Shown in pieces: positions 12,048 through 21,586 of a stretch of 64,000 nucleotides of DNA. The position numbers and the translations under genes were made by a program. Where the stretch lies: NCBI GenBank assembly GCA_000002445.1, contig CP000071.1, forward strand, positions 2,240,001-2,304,000, read 5' to 3'. Numbering within the stretch: position 1 is the first letter of the stretch; each line of letters opens with the position of its first letter. This stretch comes from Trypanosoma brucei. Taxonomy: Eukaryota. Under the pieces are notes generated by a model. That model had not been told where the DNA came from. It ran no database searches and worked only from the letters and a program-made list of their open reading frames with translations.

Positions 12048-14747
12048 ATGGGTGCTGCTCCAAGCAGGGAGACACTACGACGGGGGCTATACAACGTGCC
12101 AACACAGATGAAGAATAATGTTGACAGCTCCCGATCTCAAAGCAAACCAGACATTGTACTTATTCCGCTCATTAAAGAATATTTTCCATCGGCCGACTGC
12201 CCGCTGTTCGTGCAGTTTCACAAGATGCGGTGTGATCCGGGTGTGAATTATTACTTCCGCCACCCTCTGTACCCGGGTGATTTGAGCCGCATTCCCAACG
12301 TGCATAGCAATGATGCCAGGTCTTCTAACCGATCGAGAGATGCACTGTATTCTGAATTTGTGGAGCAGACAGAGGAGAGACTCTTTGATACAGATAATGA
12401 GATGCGACAGGCACATGAGCTTTCCATGAGTGACAGGTCTGCCGGTGGATCCCCTTCCTTCCATATGGAGGGGGCGAAAACAGCAAACGTTGGGAAAAAA
12501 GTTCTTCCGATCATATGCGCAGTGGCTTTTCTCCACGATCGCGAGAAGTTTGAACAACTTCAACAGACTCAGGGGACTCCGGGGGGTAGCAGGGTGCCAC
12601 ATGTTTTGATGGGGAAGGAAAACTCGGATATTCTTGAAGGAAAGGTTGTCAACATCATCGGTTTCTTTGGTATGTTACCAAGGGAGATAGAGCGGAAACC
12701 GTTGACATCTCCGGTAATCTTCAGTCCCGTAAGTCCCGGATTAAGTGCGACCGGAAAAGGCATTGCGGCACCAAGTATGTTGAAAAATTCTCTTTCTCTG
12801 CCATGTACAGCTAGGGGGCCCAGCCATGGTTCCTCGCAAGACCTTCAGCAACTGATTGCACCGCTCTCTTCACAGGCTTCAGTGGCTAGTGGGAACGAAC
12901 TTCGCAACCGTCCCAGCTTTGTACCTACGCCGCACGTGCCACCTGAACGATGCCCGTTGACAGCATCCGCTGGTGCCTTTTCACTGGTGTCCTCTCTCGG
13001 CGGGACGCCAGCTCGGGAACCGTCGGCGAGACAGCGACCCTTCTTGCAGTCAGAAGGTTTGTTACGGGAAATGGACCAGGCGTTGTCTTACCGTTGCACT
13101 GCGTTGGAGGAGAGGCTTAGCCGGTTTGGTTTGCCGGCACCTGCGGCGCCGGAGCCGCTTACAGCTGTTGTTTTTATGACCAAGTCTGCGGGAGAGCAAA
13201 ACCTGTGTCGGGTGACTTTTGTGGCCGCCAAGACTTATCATGGCCAGCTGGTTGAGGCTGGGGTACTAAAGCAGCGTGGAAATGGCCCTTCACCACCGCT
13301 GGAATCCGAAAGGCGGTATCTCCCACCTTTGGAAACATTTAGTTTTTCATCGCTGATGACAAACGTACCGTTTATTTCATTCGTGTACGAAATGCGTTGT
13401 CGCTGGGGACGCTTTGGGTTTTTCTCTCGACGTGTGGACTCACCGTCCTTACGGATGGGTTCTCTGAATGCTTCCTCCAGTTTTACTTACGGCTTTACGG
13501 GAGGCGCACATTCAGAGGCACCGAATCCGGAAGAGACACACAGGGGCTTCGCCATGTGGCTGACAAAAAACGGTGTGTTCCATGGCCGAATCGAAAGAGA
13601 ACTGGCGGAACATCTTTGTTTTTGCATGGCAGAACAGCCCGACTTCATGTCAGTCCCAGCTGCAACACTTCCAATAGGTGGGGGTTACTGGCGGTTCCGT
13701 GGCCTTGTTGACCGTAACAACCCACGACCTATTCAGCTTTGTGGCGACGGTGCTGAAGCGGCGGACCCGCTTGATGTGTATGTCATGGGTTCCCCAGCGG
13801 TTGGTGGTTTTGACGAGGGTGATGTTTTGAAATATGACCAAACGAGCCGTTCGTGGGTGGCCAACCGGGACATCCCACTCGATGCTGTTGTCCTTGCGGC
13901 AATGCGGCCATTTTGCAAGGCTGCGCGCACAGCTCCACCCGATGACATCGGGTGGGTGACTATTGAGGTGGAAGAGCAAGACGAGATGGGGGTTGAAGAC
14001 CAGGATCATCTTGAGACGGCGGGAAAGAGGGATATGGATACCGGGGCAGTTGTTCGTCAAGAGGACCGTGATGGTACTGTGGTGAGAAAACGAGTCCACG
14101 TTCGTGAAGGGAATTTCTATATCTATCGTTTTGAGCTGAATGGTGAGGTGCATTACCACGGTACTGTGCCAGATTTCGCGAATCCCAACAAAAAGAGGGC
14201 ATCGCACAGCAGTTCTGTCGGGGCGAGGAGTGTAGCTCCCATGGGGCCAGCGGTTGTCGCACGGCGTTTTGATAATACGAACGAAAGGGGCCGTCAACAT
14301 TCTGTTGGATTAACAGCAGACCGCAGCACCAACGAGCACTCATTGTCTGTGACTTCAACGTTTTCCCCCCCCTTTGTTGAGAGTTTTATGGGGAGCGAAA
14401 GGACGAGTGCAACGTTCCTAGCAAGCCCTCTCCAGCCCGTAAGGGAGGCCATCAGTCGCTCGGTGGGGACGGTCTCGTATTCTAATCGGGGCTATGAGTC
14501 GACCGGGAGCCAGTCCTCTTTTCCTGTTGTGCCTGTGACCCCAGATACGATGTTTCCTCCATCGAGAGGGCTGACAACGCCGGTGGCGCGTCGCAGGTCG
14601 ACATTTGTGCCAGTTGGCTCGGAGGTCGAAGTGGATGAGTCGCAACGGGACACGAATGAATCGGACGGAGGGCCAACAGCATTTGTCAGGCGCTTCATAG
14701 ACTCAACGGTTTATATATGGGACTGGAGATATTGCGCAGATAGATAA
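12048..14747 (+). CDS. Member 2 (899 aa) of the MGAxPSRE paralogue family. N-myristoylation consensus. Function unknown.
   Basis: 2.7 kb ATG-initiated ORF. The N-terminus (MGAAPSRETLRRGLY...IVLIPLIKEYFPSADCPLF) and the blocks FDTDNEMRQ, PIICAVAF and IIGFFGMLP align with the ORFs at 6545 and 21587. Confidence 0.8.
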   Translation: MGAAPSRETLRRGLYNVPTQMKNNVDSSRSQSKPDIVLIPLIKEYFPSADCPLFVQFHKMRCDPGVNYYFRHPLYPGDLSRIPNVHSNDARSSNRSRDALYSEFVEQTEERLFDTDNEMRQAHELSMSDRSAGGSPSFHMEGAKTANVGKKVLPIICAVAFLHDREKFEQLQQTQGTPGGSRVPHVLMGKENSDILEGKVVNIIGFFGMLPREIERKPLTSPVIFSPVSPGLSATGKGIAAPSMLKNSLSLPCTARGPSHGSSQDLQQLIAPLSSQASVASGNELRNRPSFVPTPHVPPERCPLTASAGAFSLVSSLGGTPAREPSARQRPFLQSEGLLREMDQALSYRCTALEERLSRFGLPAPAAPEPLTAVVFMTKSAGEQNLCRVTFVAAKTYHGQLVEAGVLKQRGNGPSPPLESERRYLPPLETFSFSSLMTNVPFISFVYEMRCRWGRFGFFSRRVDSPSLRMGSLNASSSFTYGFTGGAHSEAPNPEETHRGFAMWLTKNGVFHGRIERELAEHLCFCMAEQPDFMSVPAATLPIGGGYWRFRGLVDRNNPRPIQLCGDGAEAADPLDVYVMGSPAVGGFDEGDVLKYDQTSRSWVANRDIPLDAVVLAAMRPFCKAARTAPPDDIGWVTIEVEEQDEMGVEDQDHLETAGKRDMDTGAVVRQEDRDGTVVRKRVHVREGNFYIYRFELNGEVHYHGTVPDFANPNKKRASHSSSVGARSVAPMGPAVVARRFDNTNERGRQHSVGLTADRSTNEHSLSVTSTFSPPFVESFMGSERTSATFLASPLQPVREAISRSVGTVSYSNRGYESTGSQSSFPVVPVTPDTMFPPSRGLTTPVARRRSTFVPVGSEVEVDESQRDTNESDGGPTAFVRRFIDSTVYIWDWRYCADR

Positions 14748-16952
14748 AGTTGAGGATGTGTAGCTAGGGGAACAGGCACCCGAAGAATAAATAGGTTAGT
14801 AGCACGTTTTATATATCTTTTTATATCTTTTTGTCTTTTTTTCGTTTTATTACCATGGCCATTATTTTCTTAAGCTATTATGTGTAAAACTTTGTGTTTG
14901 CATTCTTCGTGGTAATGGTCCCCTTGCTTTTTCTTTTCCAAAGCTGCTCTTAATTTAATGTGATATTTGTGCTGCCGACTTTTCTGTAGATAAGTATCCG
15001 CTTACTTCGGGTAAAAGATGTGGGCACTAAACAACTTATTTCTAATTCCACGCTGCTTCTTTGCTAGGCGGGTGCGCTCCACAAATTGAAGCTTTTGCGT
15101 TCCGTGAGGGGTTGGTCAAAATTTCACAAATGGTATTCAAAAAAAAAAATGACGTGACACTCGTACAATGCATTAGGTTGATGCCATATCCTTTTCCGTA
15201 TCCGTATTTTGAAACGCTAAGGTGCTGTTGCTTTATGGGATGGACTCACTCACGTAGTTGTATCATTTGCATTTCCCCCTTTTAACCACCATTTTTTCTT
15301 TCTTTAAATGCCTTAGCTCTCCCAACATTTTATTTAACTGACCGTTTTTGCTTTGATTTTGACTATTGGATGACACAGTTCCGTTTCTCACCAGCCCCTG
15401 CAGCGGGTATGCTCGCTTGCTAAGACCAAACATTTTTACCTTCATGCCCCCCAATATTGTTCTCTTTGATCGTAGCCGAAACCATCCTTATTTTTCTTCT
15501 CTCGCCCCTCTCTCAATCTTTTTTCGGTTCGCTTTAGTGCTGGTAACGAACACCTCCATTTTAGCAGAGCACACGCGCAAGAGCGCATGGATCAATAATC
15601 TGTTGGTGCGGGTTGTTTCCCGTGTTCATTTTTTTCGGTGTCATGGGGGAGTATTGGGGAGGCAGCCTATGATATTCCCGAAGCTGGTGGTGTTTACACG
15701 CTGTGCGCTGGCGAATGATCATTCTTATTGTTGTTTTCAAACAACCTAACAAAAAAGACAGGAAAACGGAGGTTGTATCTTGGCGTGCGGTTTAAGCAGT
15801 CTTTGAGGCGAGGGACAGGGGGTAGGGTGTTGCTCATGCAGTAGACATTGCTTGTTTCAATGCTCAAAACATTCCTAGAAGGCTATGTTGAATTAATTAC
15901 GGTCCTGATGCGACTCTACGGAGGGCTGCACCTATCAGTGTTCGTTCCAACGAACGGTGGTAGTTGCGCTGTTCAGAACTGACCGGTGTCGAGGGACGAC
16001 CCCGAGTTCGTCCCCACTACTGCGCTTAGGGGGGACTCCATGAGAATAGCGTTGCGCCGTTCCAGTTTCAGCAAATGCTTAAAAGCCTCGGTATCCCTGT
16101 TTACAATCGGCGTGCTGTGCCACCCGAAGTCTGCAGCGTATCTCTGAATTGAGTGGACTCGAGCCAATATGACGCTTTCAGGGTCGAGTGCACGCGGAGG
16201 CTTCCTCATTCCCATCCACAGTATGGTCGGGAATCATTTCGCGTGCCGAACAAAAAGTCGTTTGTGTTTTATATCCTTGTTATACTCAACCCACTCCACG
16301 GGTGTTGCGCTGCTGGTCCTTGATTGCGCCTATTTACACCATACTTTACCTGGGAATTCGGGTTTGTTGCTTATGCTTTGTGATGCCGGGAGTTTGCCAA
16401 GGTGTTTCCCACCGCCTTGCTTCGACCTCATTGCGTCGGAGGTGATGGAGGTTGTAGCAAGAGTCAGTATCTCCGTGCATGCAGGTGCCACGAAAGGCGT
16501 TTTTTTTTGTCTACGGACCCTCGCGCGATGTTACCACGTGCGATGTGCAACCCCATTCTGTCACCCATCTAGAAAAAGGATACTGGCGTTCTCGCTGGTA
16601 AGGGGAAGACCCTTTGGTTTGTCGCACGAGTTCTCCGCGTGACCGAGTTGCTTCGGGCAAGAGGGCAATGCAGTTTCGACGTGGGCACCCTAAAGGTATC
16701 GTCTTTGACCCTTCTCATGCGGGGCGGAACCCCAACGGGTCTTGGGCTTTTGAAGTTATCACTCGAATGTGCACGGCTTGTAAGCTGACGGTTGGTGCTA
16801 CCGCCATCGATCAGCCTGTTTTATACGCATTACCTAAGGAAGGGACTTACTGTGATTCAACAGCGCAACGCCCTTTCGGTTCGGCTAAGGACCCAGCGTT
16901 CTCCTTACCTTCCGTATATTAAGATATTTTGTTTTTTCGATATAAGAAGGAC

Positions 16953-18632
16953 ATGCAGTTTTGTGGCGGGCTTGTTTGCCGCACACCACCACGACGATTT
17001 GCATGGAAGCAAACTTACAGCCAACTTCTACCATCACACTCCATGGTTCCCTCTGCGTACATATGCGGGCGTTTGCGCCAAGCGCACCACTACTCCGGTC
17101 GATTTGCTTGTAGCGCTGCTTCTGTTGTGGTAGAGAGTCCCTCTGATGGAGCTGGGATCCTCACTTTCACAGCCAACACAGTTGATGGCGCTGCGCGTGC
17201 GCTCAGCGAAATAATGCATGAAGCTCAGGCGCTTTCTCATTCTGTGGAACTTCGCGCGTTGGAGCGCCTGGAGGCCATCCTAAGGCAAAACGCTGACTTA
17301 CTGGCATTAGCGGAGGCCCTTGCTACGGGAATATGTTTGCGTGAAGCTCGGAACTCGATTGGGTTGGCGGCAAACGTCGTCGGAAGTTGTGCGGAACGTC
17401 TGCGTGGGTGCCCCGCCTCGGTCGCCGCCAGCGAGACCATTGATGTGGAGGACTTACTTCGTTCGTTGGGCTGCAGTGACAGGGGTATCAACTGTCACGG
17501 TATCAGGTGTGCAACTGGCGGAGGTTCCTCGGTAGCGCTGTGCTACACATCGGCCAATTACCCCCTTCAGAGAGGTGTTGAGGCTATCGCCGCCGCTCTT
17601 TTGCGAGGTCATGTGGTCGTCTGGCTGCCATCACTTGAAGCACCGCTCTCCGCGTTGTGGCTTATGCAGTTGCTTTGCCGCTCTTTCAGCTGCCAAGCTG
17701 ACGAAAACGACAGTCGGAGTGCCACTAGTGATGACAAGGGCTGCGATCCGGGCGTTGGTATGCATACCGTGGACCCTATAAATATCATTTTGTATCGCGG
17801 TGAAAACTCAATTTTACTTGAAAAGGCTTTCGGCGTACGAGGCGCCCGTGAAGGCTTGGAGCTAGTAGGGTTGACGAACGGCTTTACAGAAGGCCAAACA
17901 AACCAGTTTTCCGTCCACTTGTCGGATAGCCAAGTGAGACGTTCGGATATTAGCGCCTTGTACGCCATTGATTGGCACCATCGGTTGACTAAACCTGCGG
18001 TTGCCATTGTTAGTGTTTCCCAAGGGGAATCACAGTCATTTTCACCTTCTATCCCATTGACGGCATGCGCGGCAGTGGCGAAAACAGATTCAGCGCCTAC
18101 ACACGTGGAATGTGTAGCTGAAAATTTCTTTCATCACGCCTTTCACTGCAATGGGAGAACACTGCACCCACTTCACGTGGCGTTCATTCCCCACGAGGAT
18201 GTGCTACCGATACTCCGTTACCTTCGGGAGCGCATACGACAGGTGCGCATTGGGCACAGTCTTGACAGCAGTGTTGAGCTTGGCCCGCTTCCCACTTCTA
18301 AACACCTCTCTTTGGTGAAGGAACTTATTGAGTCTGCTACTAGCGGTGACGATGATGCTGGGGTCTGTATTCAACAGGTGTGCGGCGGGTTCGAGGTAGC
18401 GATGCCTGCAGGTTTTTTTTGCCTTCCCTGTGTGCTGTATGCCCGGCTGCCGAATGAAGCACCAGGTGCAGTTTCTTCGATGGTTGAACGAGTCATGAAG
18501 CTGCGCACGGAGTTGGATGAATTGGGAGGTGGTCCTGTAGCTCTTGTGTGCGCCTATGACCTTCGGCACCAGTTAGATGAGTTACACGTATGGAAGGACA
18601 ACGCGCAACATTATGTTGTGCATGACTGGTGA
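16953..18632 (+). CDS. Aldehyde-dehydrogenase-superfamily-like protein (about 560 aa), divergent. The catalytic-Cys position appears substituted, so it may be non-catalytic.
   Basis: The track ORF starts at a TTG (16929); the first ATG is 16953. Motifs recalled from ALDHs are present: DVD-AV-like TVDGAARAL; ERLEAILRQNADLLALAEALATG matching ER.xxL.KLADLIE...LA.LE; LPSLEAPLSALWL matching KPAE.TPLTAL; LELVG matching LELGG; and RIGHSLDSSVELGPLPTSKHLSLVKELIESA matching the +vG.P.d..t..GPlis..q..kv..yIe motif. The GQCCxAGSR catalytic-Cys region is replaced by FHCNGRTLHPLH. Confidence 0.6.
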   Translation: MQFCGGLVCRTPPRRFAWKQTYSQLLPSHSMVPSAYICGRLRQAHHYSGRFACSAASVVVESPSDGAGILTFTANTVDGAARALSEIMHEAQALSHSVELRALERLEAILRQNADLLALAEALATGICLREARNSIGLAANVVGSCAERLRGCPASVAASETIDVEDLLRSLGCSDRGINCHGIRCATGGGSSVALCYTSANYPLQRGVEAIAAALLRGHVVVWLPSLEAPLSALWLMQLLCRSFSCQADENDSRSATSDDKGCDPGVGMHTVDPINIILYRGENSILLEKAFGVRGAREGLELVGLTNGFTEGQTNQFSVHLSDSQVRRSDISALYAIDWHHRLTKPAVAIVSVSQGESQSFSPSIPLTACAAVAKTDSAPTHVECVAENFFHHAFHCNGRTLHPLHVAFIPHEDVLPILRYLRERIRQVRIGHSLDSSVELGPLPTSKHLSLVKELIESATSGDDDAGVCIQQVCGGFEVAMPAGFFCLPCVLYARLPNEAPGAVSSMVERVMKLRTELDELGGGPVALVCAYDLRHQLDELHVWKDNAQHYVVHDW

Positions 18633-21560
18633 GTGCGCGGCGATATATTTGAGGAATAGGTGGGGACGTGAGCAGATGCCACATTAAGTGTTGCGTGGTA
18701 TGCCAAGTTAAATCGTACAGCTGCCGTGGAAATTAGGAGAAGAAAGTGCCGCAATACGCATTTGGTGTTAACAGTGAAACCGTGTATATGCTTGTGTGTG
18801 TGTGTGTGTGGAATTGGTGATACGGAAAGGAAATGTGCCAACAGTTCGGCGGCCAAAAAGCGGTACGATAACCTTTGTCCAGTACGCGCAGTCTGTGTTA
18901 CGTCGCGGAAGTGGAGTTTCTTTGTGCCATGGCTTGCCGTTATTGCTATTGTTATTACTGTTATTATTATTATTATCATCATCATCGGTATTAATCCATC
19001 TATTTATTTCCTGTCTGATGTTATGCCTCGAGCCATACCGCAATTCCCGCATCCTCTTTACTGTTTGCCTTCTTCATCTTTCTTTCCTCTGAAAGGGGCA
19101 CCGTGGCGAAGAAACGGCAAAAAGCGAGAAGGAAGAGGGAATAATAGGGAAGCAAAATCATTTGGGGTACTTGGAACAAGAGAAGGAGAGAGCAGAAAAC
19201 GAAAAAAAAAATAGAAATAGAAAAAAGGACTCCAAAGGGGACGTTGTGCGCGTGTAGGTGCCCAGCCGAAGACAAGCAACTATTAAGCAAGCAAACAAGC
19301 AAGCAAGTGAAGAAGAGCAAGAGGAGACGAGAGAATAATACGTTAAGTGGCAGTTAGTTGTACGTATACGCACATATTTATATATATACATATACATTTA
19401 AGTACACATATAAAGTGAGGAAACAGAATAGGGTGGAGTGCATCTGTAAAAGTCCCATCCCCGTTGTTTAGTGCACACGCAAACTTTCAAAACGGACAAA
19501 CGCGCGTTTCCGTGTGAAGAGGCCATTCTATTGCTGACACGTCTCCGCGTAGCACCTGTGCCGTCGTTTTGAATATTCGTCTGTTTTTTTTCCTTCGTTT
19601 TCTTGATAAAAGAAAATCACATATAGTTAAATTTGACTTTTGCTGATTTAAATTTTTTTTTTTTAAAGAAAAGAAAAGCGGTGTGGAATATACGTTGTTG
19701 CGGGAGGGGAAAGAAGAGACGGGAGGAAACAAAACCAGAGGTGTGGAAGCATCGAGTTCTATAACGGGAATAATATTAAATCATAGGGGGGGGGTTGAAA
19801 ACACGCAAACAGACAGGAAAAAGAAAACAACAATAACGAGAGGGGGAGTCCTGACGACGCACTGACAAGAAGTATCAAATCAGTATAGTTTTTCTTTTTT
19901 CTTTTTTCTTTTGCATCTTTCAACGACACCAGAAAAAGGGGAATAAATAAATTGTAAACTTCTTTCTGTACGCGTACTACATACGTATATACATACATAT
20001 ACATATTTATACATAGGAAAAAAATTTCGTTTCTTTTTTTTTTTTCTTTAAATTTTCGTCCACCAATCGCTCCTCTGCTTTAAACAAAACGGGACAAGGT
20101 AATAAAACAAGAGTAAAATAAATTCAAGGAAAGTAAGAGAGTCGTTTACTTTGTAACTTTTTGCTCTCTTTGCATTTGCATTTGCATTTTTCTCCTCTTT
20201 TTTGTTTTTCTCCTTTGTAATTTTATCTTTCATTATTAAAATCATAATTGTCACCATTTTCTACCGCCCGTCTTTCTGTTTCTGCTTTGCTCTTCGCGTG
20301 GATTCATTTTTTCTTTGTCACTAACTCCCTCAACTACAGTGTGTTACTTTAACACAAACCTAGCGGTTGTGCGTGTGTGCGTGTGTGTGTGTGTTTTAAA
20401 TCTTAGATAACCCTCATTGTCATTTTTTTTGATTTATATTTTGCCACCGCAGAGTCCGTGGAAGTAAAAGAGAGGAATAACAAAAACGATAAATAATAGG
20501 GAAAAAAAGAAGGGGAAAGGAGAGAAAAAGGTAAAAAAGGGAGAAAAAGGCGTGACAGTAGTTGTGGTTGGAGGGGGACCCCGAATAGAAAAAAAAAAGG
20601 AAGGAAGAAAAAAAAAAGAGGGAAAAGGACGGAGAGAGAAAGAGGGATCCGGGGACGGCGCAATTATATAAAAAGATATACAACACACACGTGCTATCGC
20701 TTCTTTGTTCTGTGGTTTATACAAACACATTCACATCCGTATTAGTTTTCTTATTAATATATCGTGCCGCGCCACACATTTCTTGTGCAGACATATATAT
20801 TTATACACATTTGTTTTTATATAAAAGGTGAGGAATTGAAGGAGTTTTTTTTTCTTTGCGCCATCGATCTATTCGCTTTCACCACAAGTCGCCACCGTCA
20901 TTGCGCCATTAATTTACTACTCGCGGTTATTCCATCAAGGGTGGAAAGGGAGGGATTGACAGGAGATAAATAAAGCAATTCAAACCTTTTTTTTTTCTAA
21001 AAAAAGTGAGAGAAGGAAAAAAAAAGAAGAAAGTGACGGGGTGAAAACAAGTAAATCCAATAATATAAGGAGGTATAGTTATAAATAAATAAATATATAT
21101 TGGGGGAGGCGTACAAGTTAGAATATAAAGGTATTTCCAAGTAGCTTACTCTTGACATCAGTTGTTTTAATAATAATAATAATAGCATTGACTTTAGGGT
21201 TCTTGTTGACCATTTTTTTTTAAAAGGAAAACAAAATCGTTCTGCTTTTTTTTTTCCGTTTGACTAAAAACCTTTCCCTACATTGTGGAGCGGGTGCCGT
21301 TTTTTCAGTGTCTTTTTTCTTTGTAATTTGATCAGTTGAGATCGGGGAGGAGTGGGGTTAAGGGTTAGGGGTTTGTTGGATTTTTGTCTTTTTTTTTCCT
21401 TGAGAAGAGACCCAAGTAAAGAAGGAGGAAAAAAAAAGACAGATTTGTAAAGAGAGGAATTTAGAACGGAAGGGACCCAACAGAGATAAAGAGGAGAGGA
21501 GAGGAGAGGTGTGTGTGGTAGTTCCTTTTTTTTTCTTTACATTAATTTTTTCGTGAGGTG

Positions 21561-21580
21561 TGTGTGTGTGTGTGTGTGTG
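21561..21580. repeat. (GT)10 repeat immediately 5' of the start codon of the CDS at 21587
   Basis: gtgtgtgtgtgtgtgtgtgtg lies directly before acgaatATG. Confidence 0.9.
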
Positions 21581-21586
21581 ACGAAT

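Noticed and set aside
15880-16100. Candidate tRNA-like or structured-RNA segment (GGGACGACCCCGAGTTCGTCCC hairpin) between the genes at 14747 and 16953
   Set aside because: - The stem/loop dimensions do not fit a tRNA T-arm (7-bp stem, 8-nt loop).
- No acceptor-stem or anticodon-arm partners were found by eye, so there is insufficient evidence.
21560-21586. GT-repeat-encoded N-terminal extensions (MCVCVCV...) at 21560, 32948, 39962 and 50781, and the TTG and GTG starts at 16929 and 28435
   Set aside because: - The ORF track uses non-ATG starts (GTG/TTG), so these extensions are translations of (GT)n repeats.
- The first ATGs (21587, 33077, 40001, 50844, 16953, 28441) are supported by paralogue alignment or by acceptor-site position.
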